A stretch of DNA of 64,000 bases from Zancudomyces culisetae HAW-14-8 (GCA_052426225.1 JBNJNM010000008.1:620001-684000); one strand, 5' to 3'; positions 1 through 15,108 are shown, numbered from the stretch's first letter. Notes: generated from the sequence alone by a model not told the origin. A program made the numbers and translations.

Positions 1-322
1 TTTGCTTGTTCAAACTCAAGACTGTGTTCGTGTATTGCGAGTTCCTATGTATGATGTATTTCTAAATGATAAATTAATCGATACACACCTCTAAACTGAA
101 TATAACAACAAATACAACAACAAACTTGTCCTACACTCAATCCCCTCGCTTCAAGAGCAACTGAGCCCATAGAAATTTGCTAATTCAATATGTTTAAAAT
201 TCGACTGTATAAAGTACCGTTCCTTCTCATAGTAAAATATAAATTACCTCTACATTTAGACCAAGATCGCCCGCGGTGTCAATTCCATACTTTTCTGAGC
301 CCGATTCCAATCCCAACTCCAT
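1..322 (-). CDS. 5' end of a spliced hypothetical gene running off the left edge
   Basis: ATG at 322 gives MELGLESGSEKYGIDTAGDLGLNVE, then a GTAATT donor at 247 and a TTAG acceptor near 180 giving QISMGSVALEARGLSVGQ; a further GTTTGT..TAG intron is possible. No family recognised. Confidence 0.35.
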
Positions 323-1534
323 TTCTTAGAATCTAGTCTGGCTTCTTGGTGTTTGCTTATTTTTGTATGCTGTGTTTTTCTTTTTTTGGTTTTCCTCGAT
401 TACACAATTATAAACCAAAGTGGAATAAATTGGAAAAAATCGGAAAAAAGATCCATTTGGACAAATTGGGACTAATAAATAATATTCATGGAAGTTAGGT
501 AATGTCAATATTTGTCAATATTTGTCAAAATTCGTTTATTTTAAAGTGGTATAATCTTCCTGGTGACCAGATCCGCTATTGATTTGGTAAAAACTGCCAG
601 ATTACATCTAAAACGTCGCACTTATGAAAAGGACTCAGCACCTATCTCTCCTACAGGATAAAGCATCTAATATCTACATGTAACTATATCTGTACCATAT
701 TTGGTGGGTATGTTCCCTCTGTGCAACAAACGCTACTATCAAATCGATAAGAATAGATGCACTTCAACCCCAACCTGCCCCGCAAACGTTGAATGTGACA
801 AAGTAAATGCAACGTGTATTACTGCCCCAATTATACGCTGAGTTGATTTTTCATGCTGCATAAACTGCAAAAACCGGCTCTCGTAGTCCACACCTCTACC
901 AGGAAACGTTTATCCGCTGCAGAAGTGAAGAGTAGACACCAAGTAAGTAGCATCAGCAATAAATCGCAATTGGGTTTTTAATTGCTAACTGAAAAAGCAG
1001 CTTAATTATCAAAAACAAGATATTTTCCATTTTTGACTGTTCATGTATACATTCTACTGTTTTTGTGGAAATGACTACAAAAATGAGGTATGTGCGGCGA
1101 TGATAGGCCAACAATATACCATGCCAAATACCAACAATACCACTAATTCACTTGTATGAGGTTGAGCCAAGCCGCTTTACTGTTAGACAATTGGAATTTG
1201 CGAACTCATGACTGGACCTATTTATGCTGCTTCTGTGCTAAGAGCCGTTTAGAAGCATGGCCTGGGAATTGCAAAAGTGCGCATTACAACATATAACCCA
1301 CTCGTAAAGTTGGAAATCATGACAGGATTTGTGGAAATACTCTGCATTTATTCACATAAACGAACTCTCAAGCAAACACTAAAAGCTGGCGTGTATCTAG
1401 TTGGTCATGTGTGGGCAAGAGCATAACATATTCTATTCACGTGATATCTACTACACTCTAATTTCTCACTACAAGGACTTGCATATTAAATGTTGTAAAT
1501 GTTACCAATTGTATTTACACAAAGCAAACCATTT

Positions 1535-1548
1535 TGACCAATTGGTCA
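1535..1548. promoter_or_regulatory. Perfect 14-bp palindrome TGACCAATTGGTCA upstream of the acyl-CoA synthetase
   Basis: Seen directly, with extra TTGGTCA half-sites at ~1341 and ~1558. Regulatory role is inferred only. Confidence 0.25.
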
Positions 1549-2230
1549 CTTGAAACATTGGTCATATTATATTAAATAATTGCAAGAATATAAATCTTTT
1601 TTTTATCTTTTAGTAAAGACTGAAAGTCCGTAAATCATCGAAAATTGCCCCTTGCATATTTCGAACATATCAACCAGAATAAAAGTAACCAGAATTGGTA
1701 ATCTGTTGCTGGGAAATGCTCAACTTCCTAGATTGATTTAGATAACATTCAAAATCTTGTTTAATTCTCACCAGAGCTATTGAGAAAATAATATACGAAA
1801 ATGAACAATGCACCAATAGATAGTCTCTAAAAATATTGGAAACGCATCATCAAGAAACTTGTGGTTAGCCATTGGTATGAGCTTCATCAAAAAGTAAAAG
1901 TTTTACAGGTTTCCTGCGTCTAATTGGGAGGAAGAGGCTAAAAAAAAATGTTGGTGTACGGAAGAGGCGGAAGGCTATGAATGGGTCAGTTTCAGTAATA
2001 AACTCAAACAATACATGACCGTATTTTTCCGCCATGTCAAAAAAGCATGGCGAAAAAAAAAAGGGGAGCAGGCCAGTTCAACTTATAAATCCGTATACAT
2101 CACCTGGATTTTTGGATCTAAGCACTTCTTGGAAAATATTATATAAGGTAACGTTTTTCTGGCGAGTTCATTTAATAAACAAAAAAACCCTAGTTAAAAG
2201 TTAGTATTGTAATTTTGCGACCGAAACGCC

Positions 2231-4352
2231 ATGGTGACTAAATATTCAAAGGAATTAACTAATGCTCAACCAGTTGAGGGGGAATCAAAGGTATTTCAAG
2301 ACAGCAATAATAGCTCTGTATATTTATTTTCAGCAGTTTACCGTATACTTTGCTTGTTTTGGTAGCTTAAATTATATATGTACATGTATTTCTCTAAAAA
2401 TTTATTATTTATATGTAAAATAGCCCATCTCAAATCTGTACATTGGTGACGCGGAGCCGAAATTGTGTCCTGAGAATGTAAAAAATCTGATTGAAAGCTA
2501 TAGTGTAGCAATGGAACGGCATGGAGAGAATCACAAAGTCTTTGGGTATAAACCAAAGATTGATGACAAGGGGAATTTTGGACCTTTTAAACATTTTACC
2601 TACAAAGAATTTCAAAAGCGCTTTAGAGACTTTGGTTCCGGTTTGCTACTAAATGGAGTCCATAGCGGAGATTTCATTGGTATTTTCTCCAAGAACTGTA
2701 TTGAGTGGATTGTTACCGAATATGCTGGACTGAATTATGATTTGATTTCTGTGCCATTGTATGATACGCTTGGAGAGGAGGCCATGGTTCACATTATAAA
2801 TGAGTCTGATGTAAAAACAGTTGTGTGCCCTGGTGATAAAATTCCAGCTCTAGTAAAAATATATGAGCAGGTAAAACACATGCTTCACACGATCGTTGTT
2901 ATTGGTGAGCTTGAACAGGATTTGAAAGAAAAGGCCGAACAGGCTGGCCTCAAGGTATTGATTTTTAGCGAAGTAGAGGAACAAGGAGCCAAGAATCCAA
3001 ATGACTACCAAACAAAGGCCACAATGGACTCAATAGTAACAATCTGTTACACAAGTGGAACAACAGGAATGCCTAAGGGTGTGGTGCTTACACAAAAAAA
3101 CTTTTTGTGTCAAATTGAAGGACTCAACTTTATCATTGAGAAAAAAGTAGTATGTAACATTGGTCCTGAAGACTCATACCTATCAGTGTTACCATTGGCA
3201 CACGTACTGGAACGATTTATTATCCACATGCTGGCCTATAGAGGTGCCCTCATTTGCTTTTCTCGCGGGGATATTACCAAGATGGTTGACGACATTCGTG
3301 AACTCAAACCTACTATCTTTGTTGGAGTTCCAAGAATATTCACAAGAATCAGAGGAAGAGTACTTAGTGAAATAAAAAAGAAGGGCACTATTGTCTCAAA
3401 AATGTTTGAAATGGGGTACAACGCTAAAAAGGAAAATCTCAGAGCCGGATCACAAAATCATTGGCTATGGGACAGACTCGTCTTTAACAAAATCAGAGAG
3501 CAGCTTGGCGGGAGAATCAAGCTTATTGTTTCTGGCTCGGCTCCAATTTCAACTGAGGTTCTGGAGTTTATGAAAATATGTTTCAACTGCCAGGTAGTTG
3601 AGGGGTATGGTTTGACTGAAACTACTGGTGTTACATGTCTTAGCTTTGCAAGCGATAACGACTCTGGAACTGTCGGTGGTCCTTTCCCAACTGCCCTCGT
3701 AAAGTTGGCCGACGTTCCTGACATGAACTATCTTACCACCGATAAGCCTTATCCAAGGGGTGAGATTTTGCTGGGTGGAAACCCTATTGCAAGTGGATAC
3801 TACAAACAGCCCGAGAGGACTGCTGAAGCATTTACAAGCGATGGTTGGTTCCGCACTGGGGATATTGGTATGATTGATGACAAGGGTAGAGTACGGATCA
3901 TTGATCGCAAGAAGAATCTGTTCAAGTTGTCTCAAGGTGAATATGTCGCCCCAGACAAGATTGAAAATACATATTCCGATAACCCAATCGTCACTGCATC
4001 GTTTGTATATGGCGATTCACTCAAATCGTACTTGGTTGCAGTTATTGTGCCAGAACCACCAAATCTAAAGAAATTCTTGAAAGAAAAGTCGATTTCGTTT
4101 GATGAAGATGCAAGCGTTGAGCAATTGTGTACCGAATCAAAGATTAGAAAGGCAGTAGTAGCTGAGTTGAATGCATTTGGTAGAGCAAGAGGGCTCAAAG
4201 GGTTTGAATGTATTAAGAACGTACACCTCGAACCCAAACAGTTTGAGGTTGGAGAGATACTGACACCAGCAATGAAACTCAAACGACACGAGGCAAAGGT
4301 GGTTTATGAAAACGTTATCAACGAGTTATATGCCGAAATTGGTGATGTCTAG
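2231..4352 (+). CDS. Long-chain fatty acyl-CoA synthetase (ACSL/Faa2-like), 2 exons
   Basis: Exon 2231-2290 (MVTKYSKELTNAQPVEGESK) and a phase-0 intron 2291-2423 (GTATTT..TAG) join the 629-aa ORF. Motifs: YTSGTTGMPKGV, GYGLTET, GWFRTGDIG, IIDRKKNLFKLSQGEYVAP. Confidence 0.95.
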
Positions 4353-4791
4353 GCGGCCAAACTATACATTTTTATATACTAAATTCTCTATTATAGCTTT
4401 TGTTATTACACTAAACTTGTTTTAATTTTTATTTATTAATCCTTATAATAATACGCAATGCACACCATGTCGTCAGATCCCGCTAATATTCTTTAAAATC
4501 GTAACTTCAATATGGATGTGTACACTAATATACCCTGCCTCTCCTGTTAGTTTACGTTCACCTGCTTTACGGATCTCTGGTTTGGCACATTTACTGAGTA
4601 GTTTATTTTCAGATTGAACCAAAAATTGATCCAGAGCTAACTCCCTGGGTTTTTCGGCACCCCAAAATGTTACTGTACCAGAGAAATCCGATGTACATTA
4701 CCAAATGTAAAAAAAAGGCTTGGCTCTTTATTGCGAGAAAAAAAACCTTGAAACAAAACAAATCATAGCAAAAAAAGGCAAAAAGAAATGA

Positions 4792-6380
<1,589 letters not shown>

Positions 6381-7050
6381 GATTAATCTATATGTTGATT
6401 TTATAGCCGCTTTTTTATTACTCTGAAACCTAAAAACGCGAGTTTGAAGGTTTTTGAGCATAATATAATATTTCGGTAGAAAAACGCATCCTTTCAAAAT
6501 TTTTTTTTACTTAAATCCATAAAATCAAACTTTTTTTTTCACCAACTGATGCGACTTTTTTTCCGCAAAAACCATTGAAAAAATTAAACTTTACTCCCAA
6601 TTAACAAAACAGAAACTAGAAATATTCCACGAGATGAAGGACACTATTTCAAAAAAGAACCAAATGAAAGTATAGACCATTTTGTGGAGAAATGTATAAA
6701 TGAGCTTGTTATGAACTCTACAATTCAAAAGTACACTAGTGGCCATTGCACTGATATCTCATAGCAGCAGAATACAAAAATCATGGTAATAATTTCGGAC
6801 GGGGGGGTGTGTGGCTTGATAGCAAAGTACACCCGTTTTAGAGAAACGCTCATAAATCGTCTGGCTCCCTTTCAAATATAGCTTCGCTTTCTTTATTCGA
6901 GATGAAAAACATTGGGGAATCTGTATTACTATGGTTAAATATCAGAGGTGCTGATTCATCCTGGAACTATATCTAGTATTCCATCCGAAAGCAATTGATA
7001 TATATTAATGTTTTGGGACTAGATGGACCCGTACCTTTATTTAGAAAAAA

Positions 7051-7443
7051 TCAGCTAAACACACTCGAATTCATCATATTTTCAACATAATTCTTCAACA
7101 CCTGGTTCTGTTTTTTTGTTTTTTCGTTAATTTTTTTTATCTCCTCCAGCTTCTTTATTTTTTCTACAAAATTAAAAGTGGTAATTAGCAAGCTATTAGC
7201 GTTTTAATCGCATTTTATGTGCATCAAGTATCTCCAAGAAACAAAGTCTTACGTATTGTATAGACATATTTCTTATAAAGCGCTTTTTTTAAAGAGTCTT
7301 ACCTTTGAGCTCGTCTAGTTTGGTGTAGAAGCTGTTTGTTTCGAGACTATTGAGGAGTGCATTAGCGGATTTGTAAAAAGCTTATCTTATTTTGAATCAT
7401 AGCTACAATCTACTATTTACCTCAAATCGTTATTATCCATCAT
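7051..7443 (-). CDS. Short coiled-coil protein (SCOC/Slo1/UNC-69 family), 3 exons, 59 aa; not in ORF track
   Basis: Exons 7443-7421, 7346-7303 and 7163-7051 (180 nt, canonical GT-AG) give MMDNNDLSLETNSFYTKLDELKEKIKKLEEIKKINEKTKKQNQVLKNYVENMMNSSVFS. The C-terminus resembles the SCOC signature ENQVLGQYIENLMSASSVF. Confidence 0.75.
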
Positions 7444-8014
7444 TTCTCGTTCTATTTACAATAATTTGATCATATATTGAATGATTCTCTGGCTAGTTCA
7501 TCGAAAAAGTGCCTTTTCACTTTTCGCTAGCTTTTTATGGGATTTTGAAAACTCAACTTATTTTCGCAAACATTCCACCCTTCCTTCCTCCCTCACCTAA
7601 ATTCAGGATTTTGGCATTAAGGGTAATTTCAAAGCTCTGGTTTCTATTGGCTGCCTTCAAATCAAATAGGATTACCCAAACATCCTACCCAGCGCCTGAA
7701 GAGCTAAGTACACTAAAGAGGTTAAGCATGGTGCTATTCAATATGGGTTGCTTCCCACCTTATAAAATAATATTTTACGAAGACCTAGACATATTTAGTT
7801 TACATCCCTATACTAGACTGTAAGAAGGAGTACATAATTCACCGAATGCCTACAATTACAAGTGCTATAGTTAAGTAGCATCAGTTTTTTTTGCTTTCTG
7901 CAACTAAAACCACGTAACAGCCAATTCTTTAAATATTTTACATAAATTTGGGTTGCCACGAGAAACCAAATAACTGATAAAAAACACTACTTTTTCTACA
8001 GTTTCCCTATCTAA

Positions 8015-11000
8015 TTATAAAGAATAGTTAATGACAGAGTCGAGCAGCTCTTCAGCCCTTATTTCTGTATCTGTAGACTCGCTGTCAGCACCAGTAGAAA
8101 CTATGGGTGTTGGTTTCACATTTTCTTTTGAATCAGATACGCCTTGTTTAGTGTGTTCGTTTTCATAATCAATGGTCTTTGTTGGGCTCGTAAGACTAGT
8201 TGGAGGCTCTTTTAGGTGCGACACTAATCGGTCTAGACTTTTCAAGCTCTCAGAAGTATTACTCAGCTCCACTCCATTCCTGCTAAAACCTGTGTCTATT
8301 CTCTGTTGATTTGCTAAGAGTGCTTTCGCTTCATTTTTCTTTCGTCTTGCTATTCTTTCCTCTATGGCCCGTCGGCTTTTTTCAGCTCGCTCAGCCCTCT
8401 CTTTTTCCCTTTTATTATCATTCATAGCCTTATCACATGATAATAAGAAGGTCCTTATTGATCCAAAAAACATTTCCGGCGATGTTTTTTTGGGTTTTTC
8501 GCAAAACTCACTGGCAACTTTTGAGTAGAGCTGTTCCATTGTCTTGAAATCGGCCACAATAATTTTATAATGCATACTTATTTTGTCAAATGATTTTTTC
8601 ATTTTTTCTAGGTAAATTTTCAAATGCGTTAGTTTATGGTTATCCCCAGTCAACTCTGCTTTGGGTTTTACTTCAGAGGGAAGATCCAAGGAACCCACAC
8701 TGATATATTTATTCATATTTTCTTCAGACTCGTAGCCACTGCTGTAATCATCGCTATATGAGAGTTCAGAAATGTTTTCCTCAACAACTCTGATTTCATT
8801 TTCAAAATCTCGAATACCTGCTTTCATCGAGTTAAGGCTTAATTTCATCTCACTCAGCGAAACCCGACAGCCAGGGTCCAGATCTTCTAACCGCTCTCTA
8901 AACCGCAGCATATCTGGGTTTGAATCCTCTAAATACTTCATGATTAAATGTAGAAGCGTAGTTTTGTTGCCAATATCCTTTGTATCAGCTATTTTATTTA
9001 GTGAATTCAGCCTAAATCCAAATGCCCCACCACGGAAGGATGTTCCGTTCATAAAGTTGCCGATTATCAATACCAATACCAGAAATTGTTTAAACTCGAC
9101 ACACTCATCGAGGCTAATCGAGGCTCGTGTCACTGCATCGATATCCTAATGTGGTTAAAGTTTAAAAATGCCTTTTTCTCAGTTCTTGTTCCATAAAACC
9201 TGATTAATTGCAATATGTATCTAGATAAACGCCCCTCCCTCTTTTTCTTTAAAAAAAACATCAAAAATCATAATGCCATAAATAGTCAAAGTAAATGAAA
9301 AATACCTACCTTGATTAATTCTTTCCTACTTGTATCCCAATTTGCTCGAAATCCCAAACACCTTAGCCTGTACTCAATTCTATCGATTCTTGACAATTCT
9401 AGGACAAACCTGTCAGCCTGTGCCAGGTCTTCCTTTCTGTTCTTGTATTCTATCAGCAATGCTTTCTACAAAATTTGTTGGTGGGAAATGTTTTTTCAGC
9501 ATCAAACAATACTATTATCTTATGCCTACACCTATACTAACAAATACAAGTCTTTTTAATGGTTTACATACCTCTTCAGGAGAAGCAACACATTTTTTAA
9601 GTTGTGATAAGACAAATGGCGTAAGGAAAACATCATCTACTACCAGAACCCTCTTTGCTATTTGCTTGCAGGTCATATTTTTCATTTGTCCCAACACAAT
9701 ATCTAATTTATAGCAATAAAATAACATCGTTAGTACCCATCTTTAATCATAGCTCAATACCTGACTATAAATAGATACTTACTAACATTGTGTGCCCGTT
9801 TTTTTGTAAGTACAGACACATCTTTCTTTTCCACAACGTTTTTCCTCTTTTTCAACTCTAGAACATATTTAGCATATATATGTATTTATTTACTCTGGTT
9901 TTGTTTCTTATATGGATAATTGTAATGACTATAAAATTTGTTTTGATTGCATTACCTTTTAATGTAAATGCCTTTTTGGCCAAAAAAAGCCTTTCTATTT
10001 CATCGAAAAGACCATTTTTGCTCATTAGCATTTCGAGCTCTGATTCGTTAATCCCAAAGTTCAAAAGATGAGCCCAAAAGCTTCCAGTGGTACCCTTCTT
10101 ATCGATTTTTTCCAAATGCATCTGTTTCAATTTTACCTTTGGAATGGTATTTACCATCTTCCTAGCGTCTATATGTTGTTAAAATACACGACTGAGAAAA
10201 AGAGTGATTTCAAAGAAAGGTATTATTATAAAATATACAGATAATCTGTAACCAATTACCTTGATCTAGTAATGAGTTGGTAATCGATGCCTTAACTGCT
10301 GATGAGTGCGGCGGCGGCGGCGGCGGCGGAGGAGGAGGTGGTGGTGGTGGTGGTGGTGGGGGAGGTGGGGGAGGTGGGGCTAAGGGAGGTGGTAGAGGAA
10401 GAGTGGAAGGTGGTGGTGCCTGTGCTTGTACTATTTGCTCTTGTAGGGTTAAAGACTCCTGTTCTTGCTGAAGTTTCACTTTTTCTCCGAAATTCGGCTG
10501 TGTTTCTAAATCATTCTCAACATGCTGCTCTCTTCTACGTCCCAGGTTTTTAGAGTTTTTAGCCCTCTCTTTACTAGGTGATTTACGCCTTAACTGGGCT
10601 AAATTCTTGGATGTTTGAGATTTTTGCCTGCTATCAAGCTTATATTTCAAAAGTACATTATATTCGCTCTTGGGTTTTTGTTTACGCCCATGACGTCTAT
10701 TGTACAAGTGAGCTCCAGGAAAAGAATTACGTCCCGATGAGTCAAGCTGCCCAGACGTACCTCCAACAATGCTAGGTCGCGAAATCTGTCTTGTGCGGCC
10801 ATATGTATTATCGTAACAAAGACTAAACGATCTTCCCTTAAGCGAATCTTCAGAAACGTCAGGATCGTTTATTTCATTACCCACGCTGTTCGAATACGCA
10901 CTCGTCTCACCACTTTCAATATCTGCACCACTTGCTCCTGTCTCTTTGTGTTTACTACCGCCGTTTCCTCGCTTCCTGGTCACATACAGTGGGCTTGAGC

Positions 11001-13504
11001 TTAAAATCTTTTTTTTTACTGTTAGCAGTTTGCCCTTTTCACGAAAACTTTCTCTATCAGAGGCTACTTTTGGAATCTTTTCCGGGGATTTTGCTATTTG
11101 AATATAGTACATACATATTCCGTTATAAATCAATCGTCTGACTTTTTGTAGTTTTTGGAAGAATGTATAATTTTCTTCCAGGATCGTTTTACTCGGACAA
11201 AATATTCATAAAAAAAATAAACGCTGTTTTACCTTTCAGATCCTTATGGTGGTTAGATTTGATGCCTAAGTTTGGTTTTACTTTCTTAACGAGGGTTTTG
11301 GCTTTTCTGATGACATCAGTGGTATTATCGTCCTTACCATCTGAAGAATTTCCGCTTTGCGAATCCCAACCATATCCAGTAGCTGTAAAACTATCACTTG
11401 TATTTTTGATCTCACTGTTCAATCTTATTTTATCCCATGGTTCAAAATCTCTAAGTTTCTGGGAGTCGATTTCGGCTAGAATGATATCGTACAGGTCTTG
11501 TATCAGCATTTTTTGTCTATTCATCTTAATATTGTGTTTCATCAGGCTTTCCGATAGTTGGGTTTTGAGAGTGCCTATAGTATGTCTAGAAACTCGCAGT
11601 AGATCTTCTAATACTTCAGTTTGACTCTGAAGTTCGGATACCAATCCCTCTATGCATTTTTTTGTATTATGAACACTTATATTTATAGTTTTACGCATAC
11701 CGGTTAAGGCCGGTGGTTTCATACTGTCAAAATATATAAACACGGTCAGTTTACTTTATAAACCATTTTAAAGAATACTTACTGGTTTCGCTATTTATCT
11801 CCGATTTAAGCTTCGAGTTTTCATACATCATATTCCTAAGCTTGAGCTTTAATTCATTACTTTCCTCTATGATAGATTCCAGTAACTCTTGTTCTTGCTC
11901 CCGCCTAGAAGCTTCCGCACGGCGCTCGTCAGCTTTTGCTGCTTTATTTTCGTCGTTATATTTGTTCTCATTTTCCTCCTTATCGACTGAGACTGAACGT
12001 ATATAATACTCGTGAATGTTTTTCCTTTCATTTATCTTTTTTTTTAAAATGCTTTTAAACTCAGTTTTCAATTCTTCCACTTCTCTTTTGCTCTCAAGAT
12101 TCTCTGGAGGAACAAGAAGTATCGTATGAAATAACGATACTAGCGCTTTTCTCTCCTGATTGCTTTTATATTTTTTAGACATTTCACTTAATAGATTTTC
12201 AAACTCCATGTTTTTGGAGGCCTTGCGTTTATACCCAAGCTTCAGCATTTCATTTTCTTCAACTCTCCCCTTTTCGTATATACTTATCTGATCCCTTATT
12301 GCATCGTTTTCACATGACTCTATCAAGTCAAAAACCTCATTCAACCCTGCTCTTTTTAGCTTCTTCCTATACCTCTTTTTCACACTAATCGACACACAGC
12401 ATGAGAATATCGCATTTATCAACAAGAGGTTGGATAAAACGTATTCTTCAATTAATTGCTGGTAATTATTGCTCGTACCCTGCCTCAGTGCCTCCTCGTC
12501 GTTTAGACCTAGCAATTCTGCTGTCTCTTTTAAACCTTGAATCCATGCTCCCAGCGATGCACCGCCACTATCATCCTTTTCCACTGTTTCAATCGCTAAA
12601 ATCAACAGCTCACACGAGCCAGGTGGGTTGTGATAACACCCAATAGTGAGTAACTCAGCTGCTAGCTGCCTTGAATCAATATTATCACTTACTATTGATC
12701 GAAATAATGATTCAAATACTTCCGGTGAGCTAAAAGCTTGGTCACATCCAAGCTTTGTGTTTACAAAATGCTTAATCAAAACCAATATGTCGTTCTCTAC
12801 ATCATCTTCGCCCTTGCTACCTAAACTTTGCCTGTTGATACAATCTAACTGCTTTGTTAATAATTTGAGTCCCCCCTCCTTCAAATACTCGTTTTTCCAG
12901 CTATTGAATAGTTTATTTGTATATTTATTTAGTAGTTGATCAGTTGCTTTTTTTACTTAGCTATAGTGTTAATAGTTGATATTAATGCCTTTCCGCCTGT
13001 CTTTTCCATACGTATAAAACATCTATAGTGGATGATAATCAATTAAACACACAACATTCAATGTGCAATACCTGTTTTCACGGTTAGCAATCATCGCAGA
13101 TAATTCTGAAAATAGAACAACAAGCTGCTGAGAACTATGTTTCTTTTTTAACTCCTCTATGAACTGTGCTGGTGTGGTTAGATTTGGTTCCACAGTAACA
13201 ATGTCATTTTCCTAATTATATTTTCAATTATTCCTATTTTAGTCCTTAGCTACAACTATTACACACAACCATATTGGATCGAATATTATTTACAAAATAT
13301 GATACGTACGCTATCTCTTTTATTTGTAAGAAGTAGTTGAATCTTTTTATCACTTGGGAGTGTAAGAAGCCTCTTCTTTTGATCCATGCGAATATCTGAA
13401 CATGTTAGAAACTCCTCAAAATCGCTATTGAGTTTACGGCGGTCCAACTCAACGTTTTTTGGGATTTTTTGATCTTTATTATCATCTTCCTTTATTTCTT
13501 CCAT
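8015..13504 (-). CDS. Formin A (Diaphanous-related SepA/Bni1-like; GBD/FH3-FH1-FH2), 10 exons
   Basis: Manually spliced exons ~13504-13310, 13211-13072, 12900-11783, 11649-11233, 11093-10260, 10168-9956, ~9857-9783, ~9703-9572, ~9466-9311 and ~9145-8015. Poly-Pro FH1 at ~10310-10420; FH2 motif IGNFMNGTSFRGGAFGF; VLEDLLRVSRHTI shared with formin B. Confidence 0.88.
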
Positions 13505-13881
13505 ACTAAACCCAGTATTTAAGCACTCAAGTTTAAATGTTCTTCAGTTAACCACATCTATATTAAACTATTTTGCTGTAATACATTATTTAGAAAGTGT
13601 TTAAATTTATTTGTGATGCACATTTGATGGTATTGTGCACCTTCCAATTGACCCGAAATTACAAAAAGAAAAAAAAAATAGTAATAATAATAATAACGCA
13701 GGTTTTTCCACAAAAACCCTATCACCAACTTCTAGAAACTGCATCTAATAAATATTGTTATTATTATTATTGCTGTAAAAACCATTTTAATCGCTTTTAG
13801 AGGGTAAAGAGTCATAATAACCATGTGGTTGATTCCAACTGAGTCGTGGATTCGTCCGTCCACTCGAATCTTGCGGTTTCA

Positions 13882-13900
13882 CCCCCCCCCCCCCCCCCCC
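13882..13900. repeat. Poly-C homopolymer (19 nt)
   Basis: Seen directly. Confidence 0.9.
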
Positions 13901-14538
13901 GCTCACAAAAATAAAAGCGGTAAATGAAATAGAACGCAAATAACGATTATTTGGAAGCAAGATAATTTTCTTTACCGCAAATAAAAGATACCTTGCATCC
14001 GAACTCGAAAACTCGTTGATAGGCTACTTTTTGAATTCTATGACCAGTGTTATAAATACGCTGGTTAATGCAGATTCAATATGCACGGAGTAGCAGAAAG
14101 AAATATTCTAAGACATGGCCAATAGGCTATCGTTGTCATTAGGCTCGATATATTTTGGTTCAAAATTTAGAATATCACAGCCATACTGCTCCAGTAAGCG
14201 CGTTTTACTTACAGGATTTAGGCTTCTTTTACAACCAGCACCCGCTAGTCGGATTATTATCCCCTTCCTGAGTCCTAACCAACAGACGCTTAAAAACCTA
14301 TGTGCTGAGTTTATCTGATTGCACATTTATTGCAAAGTAAGGCCACTTATAAACGATCAACATGACTAACAAAAATACCCGGTACATTTGCACATGTTGG
14401 ATTGGCATATCTATATCTTTTGATATTCAATTCATTTTTTTTGTTGACCGTTGCGCAGGTTATCATTGTAAATAAATATATTTGATTTCAAGTCGAAAAG
14501 GTACAATTTAAATACAAGACATATAAAATAAAGAAATC

Positions 14539-15108
14539 CTAACTGGGATCGGTAGATATATATGGTGCATATATGGAGAAATCACAACCCCGTTCTATCG
14601 GCAGAGTCCTTTCCTCACCAGTTCTCAAACTAACGACATATGCAGTTATTGTGCACGTCGTTGGTTTCTCGCATACCTTATACTCAACCAAGTAATCCAT
14701 TTCTCCTACTGCCTGACTAATACCAGAGGTACTCATTTCATTGAACGGATATATGCAGTTGTCTTTTTTGGGTGGTGGATTGATATTTTCATTGCCCGAA
14801 TACCATGGCCTAGCACTGACTAAAATTTCACCAGTATCCAAAGTACGACGTTCCTTTAGGATAAGGTCACTGTATCCTCGCAGCTCGGCTCGATGTTGAT
14901 TCGAGTAGACGATCTTTTCATATGCATAAACTTTTTGAACACTCTTAAGCACACCAAGATGGTTGATTGCATCTGTAACATGTTTCAAAGCTTTATATCC
15001 GTTACACCCGTTTTTTTTTGCTATTTCTCGAGATACAAGAGTGAAATAACATGATACGTTGCTTACAATATGTGTAATAAGTATAAAGAATAGTAATGCA
15101 GTCTTCAT
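14539..15108 (-). CDS. Small secreted Cys-containing protein (189 aa), function unknown
   Basis: Intronless ORF with a signal peptide (MKTALLFFILITHIVSNVSC), several Cys, and TATAAAA about 50 nt upstream (15158-15164). Confidence 0.75.
   Translation of the reverse strand: MKTALLFFILITHIVSNVSCYFTLVSREIAKKNGCNGYKALKHVTDAINHLGVLKSVQKVYAYEKIVYSNQHRAELRGYSDLILKERRTLDTGEILVSARPWYSGNENINPPPKKDNCIYPFNEMSTSGISQAVGEMDYLVEYKVCEKPTTCTITAYVVSLRTGEERTLPIERGCDFSIYAPYISTDPS

Noticed and set aside
2024-2057. Hairpin CGCCATG..CATGGCG with T/A flanks as a terminator
   Set aside because: It sits in a eukaryotic promoter region and the stem is only 7 bp, so chance cannot be excluded.
7509-7823. 104-aa ORF, and ORFs at 14108-14326 and 63490-63894
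   Set aside because: Mostly non-ATG starts, no recognisable motif, and no consistent splice model.
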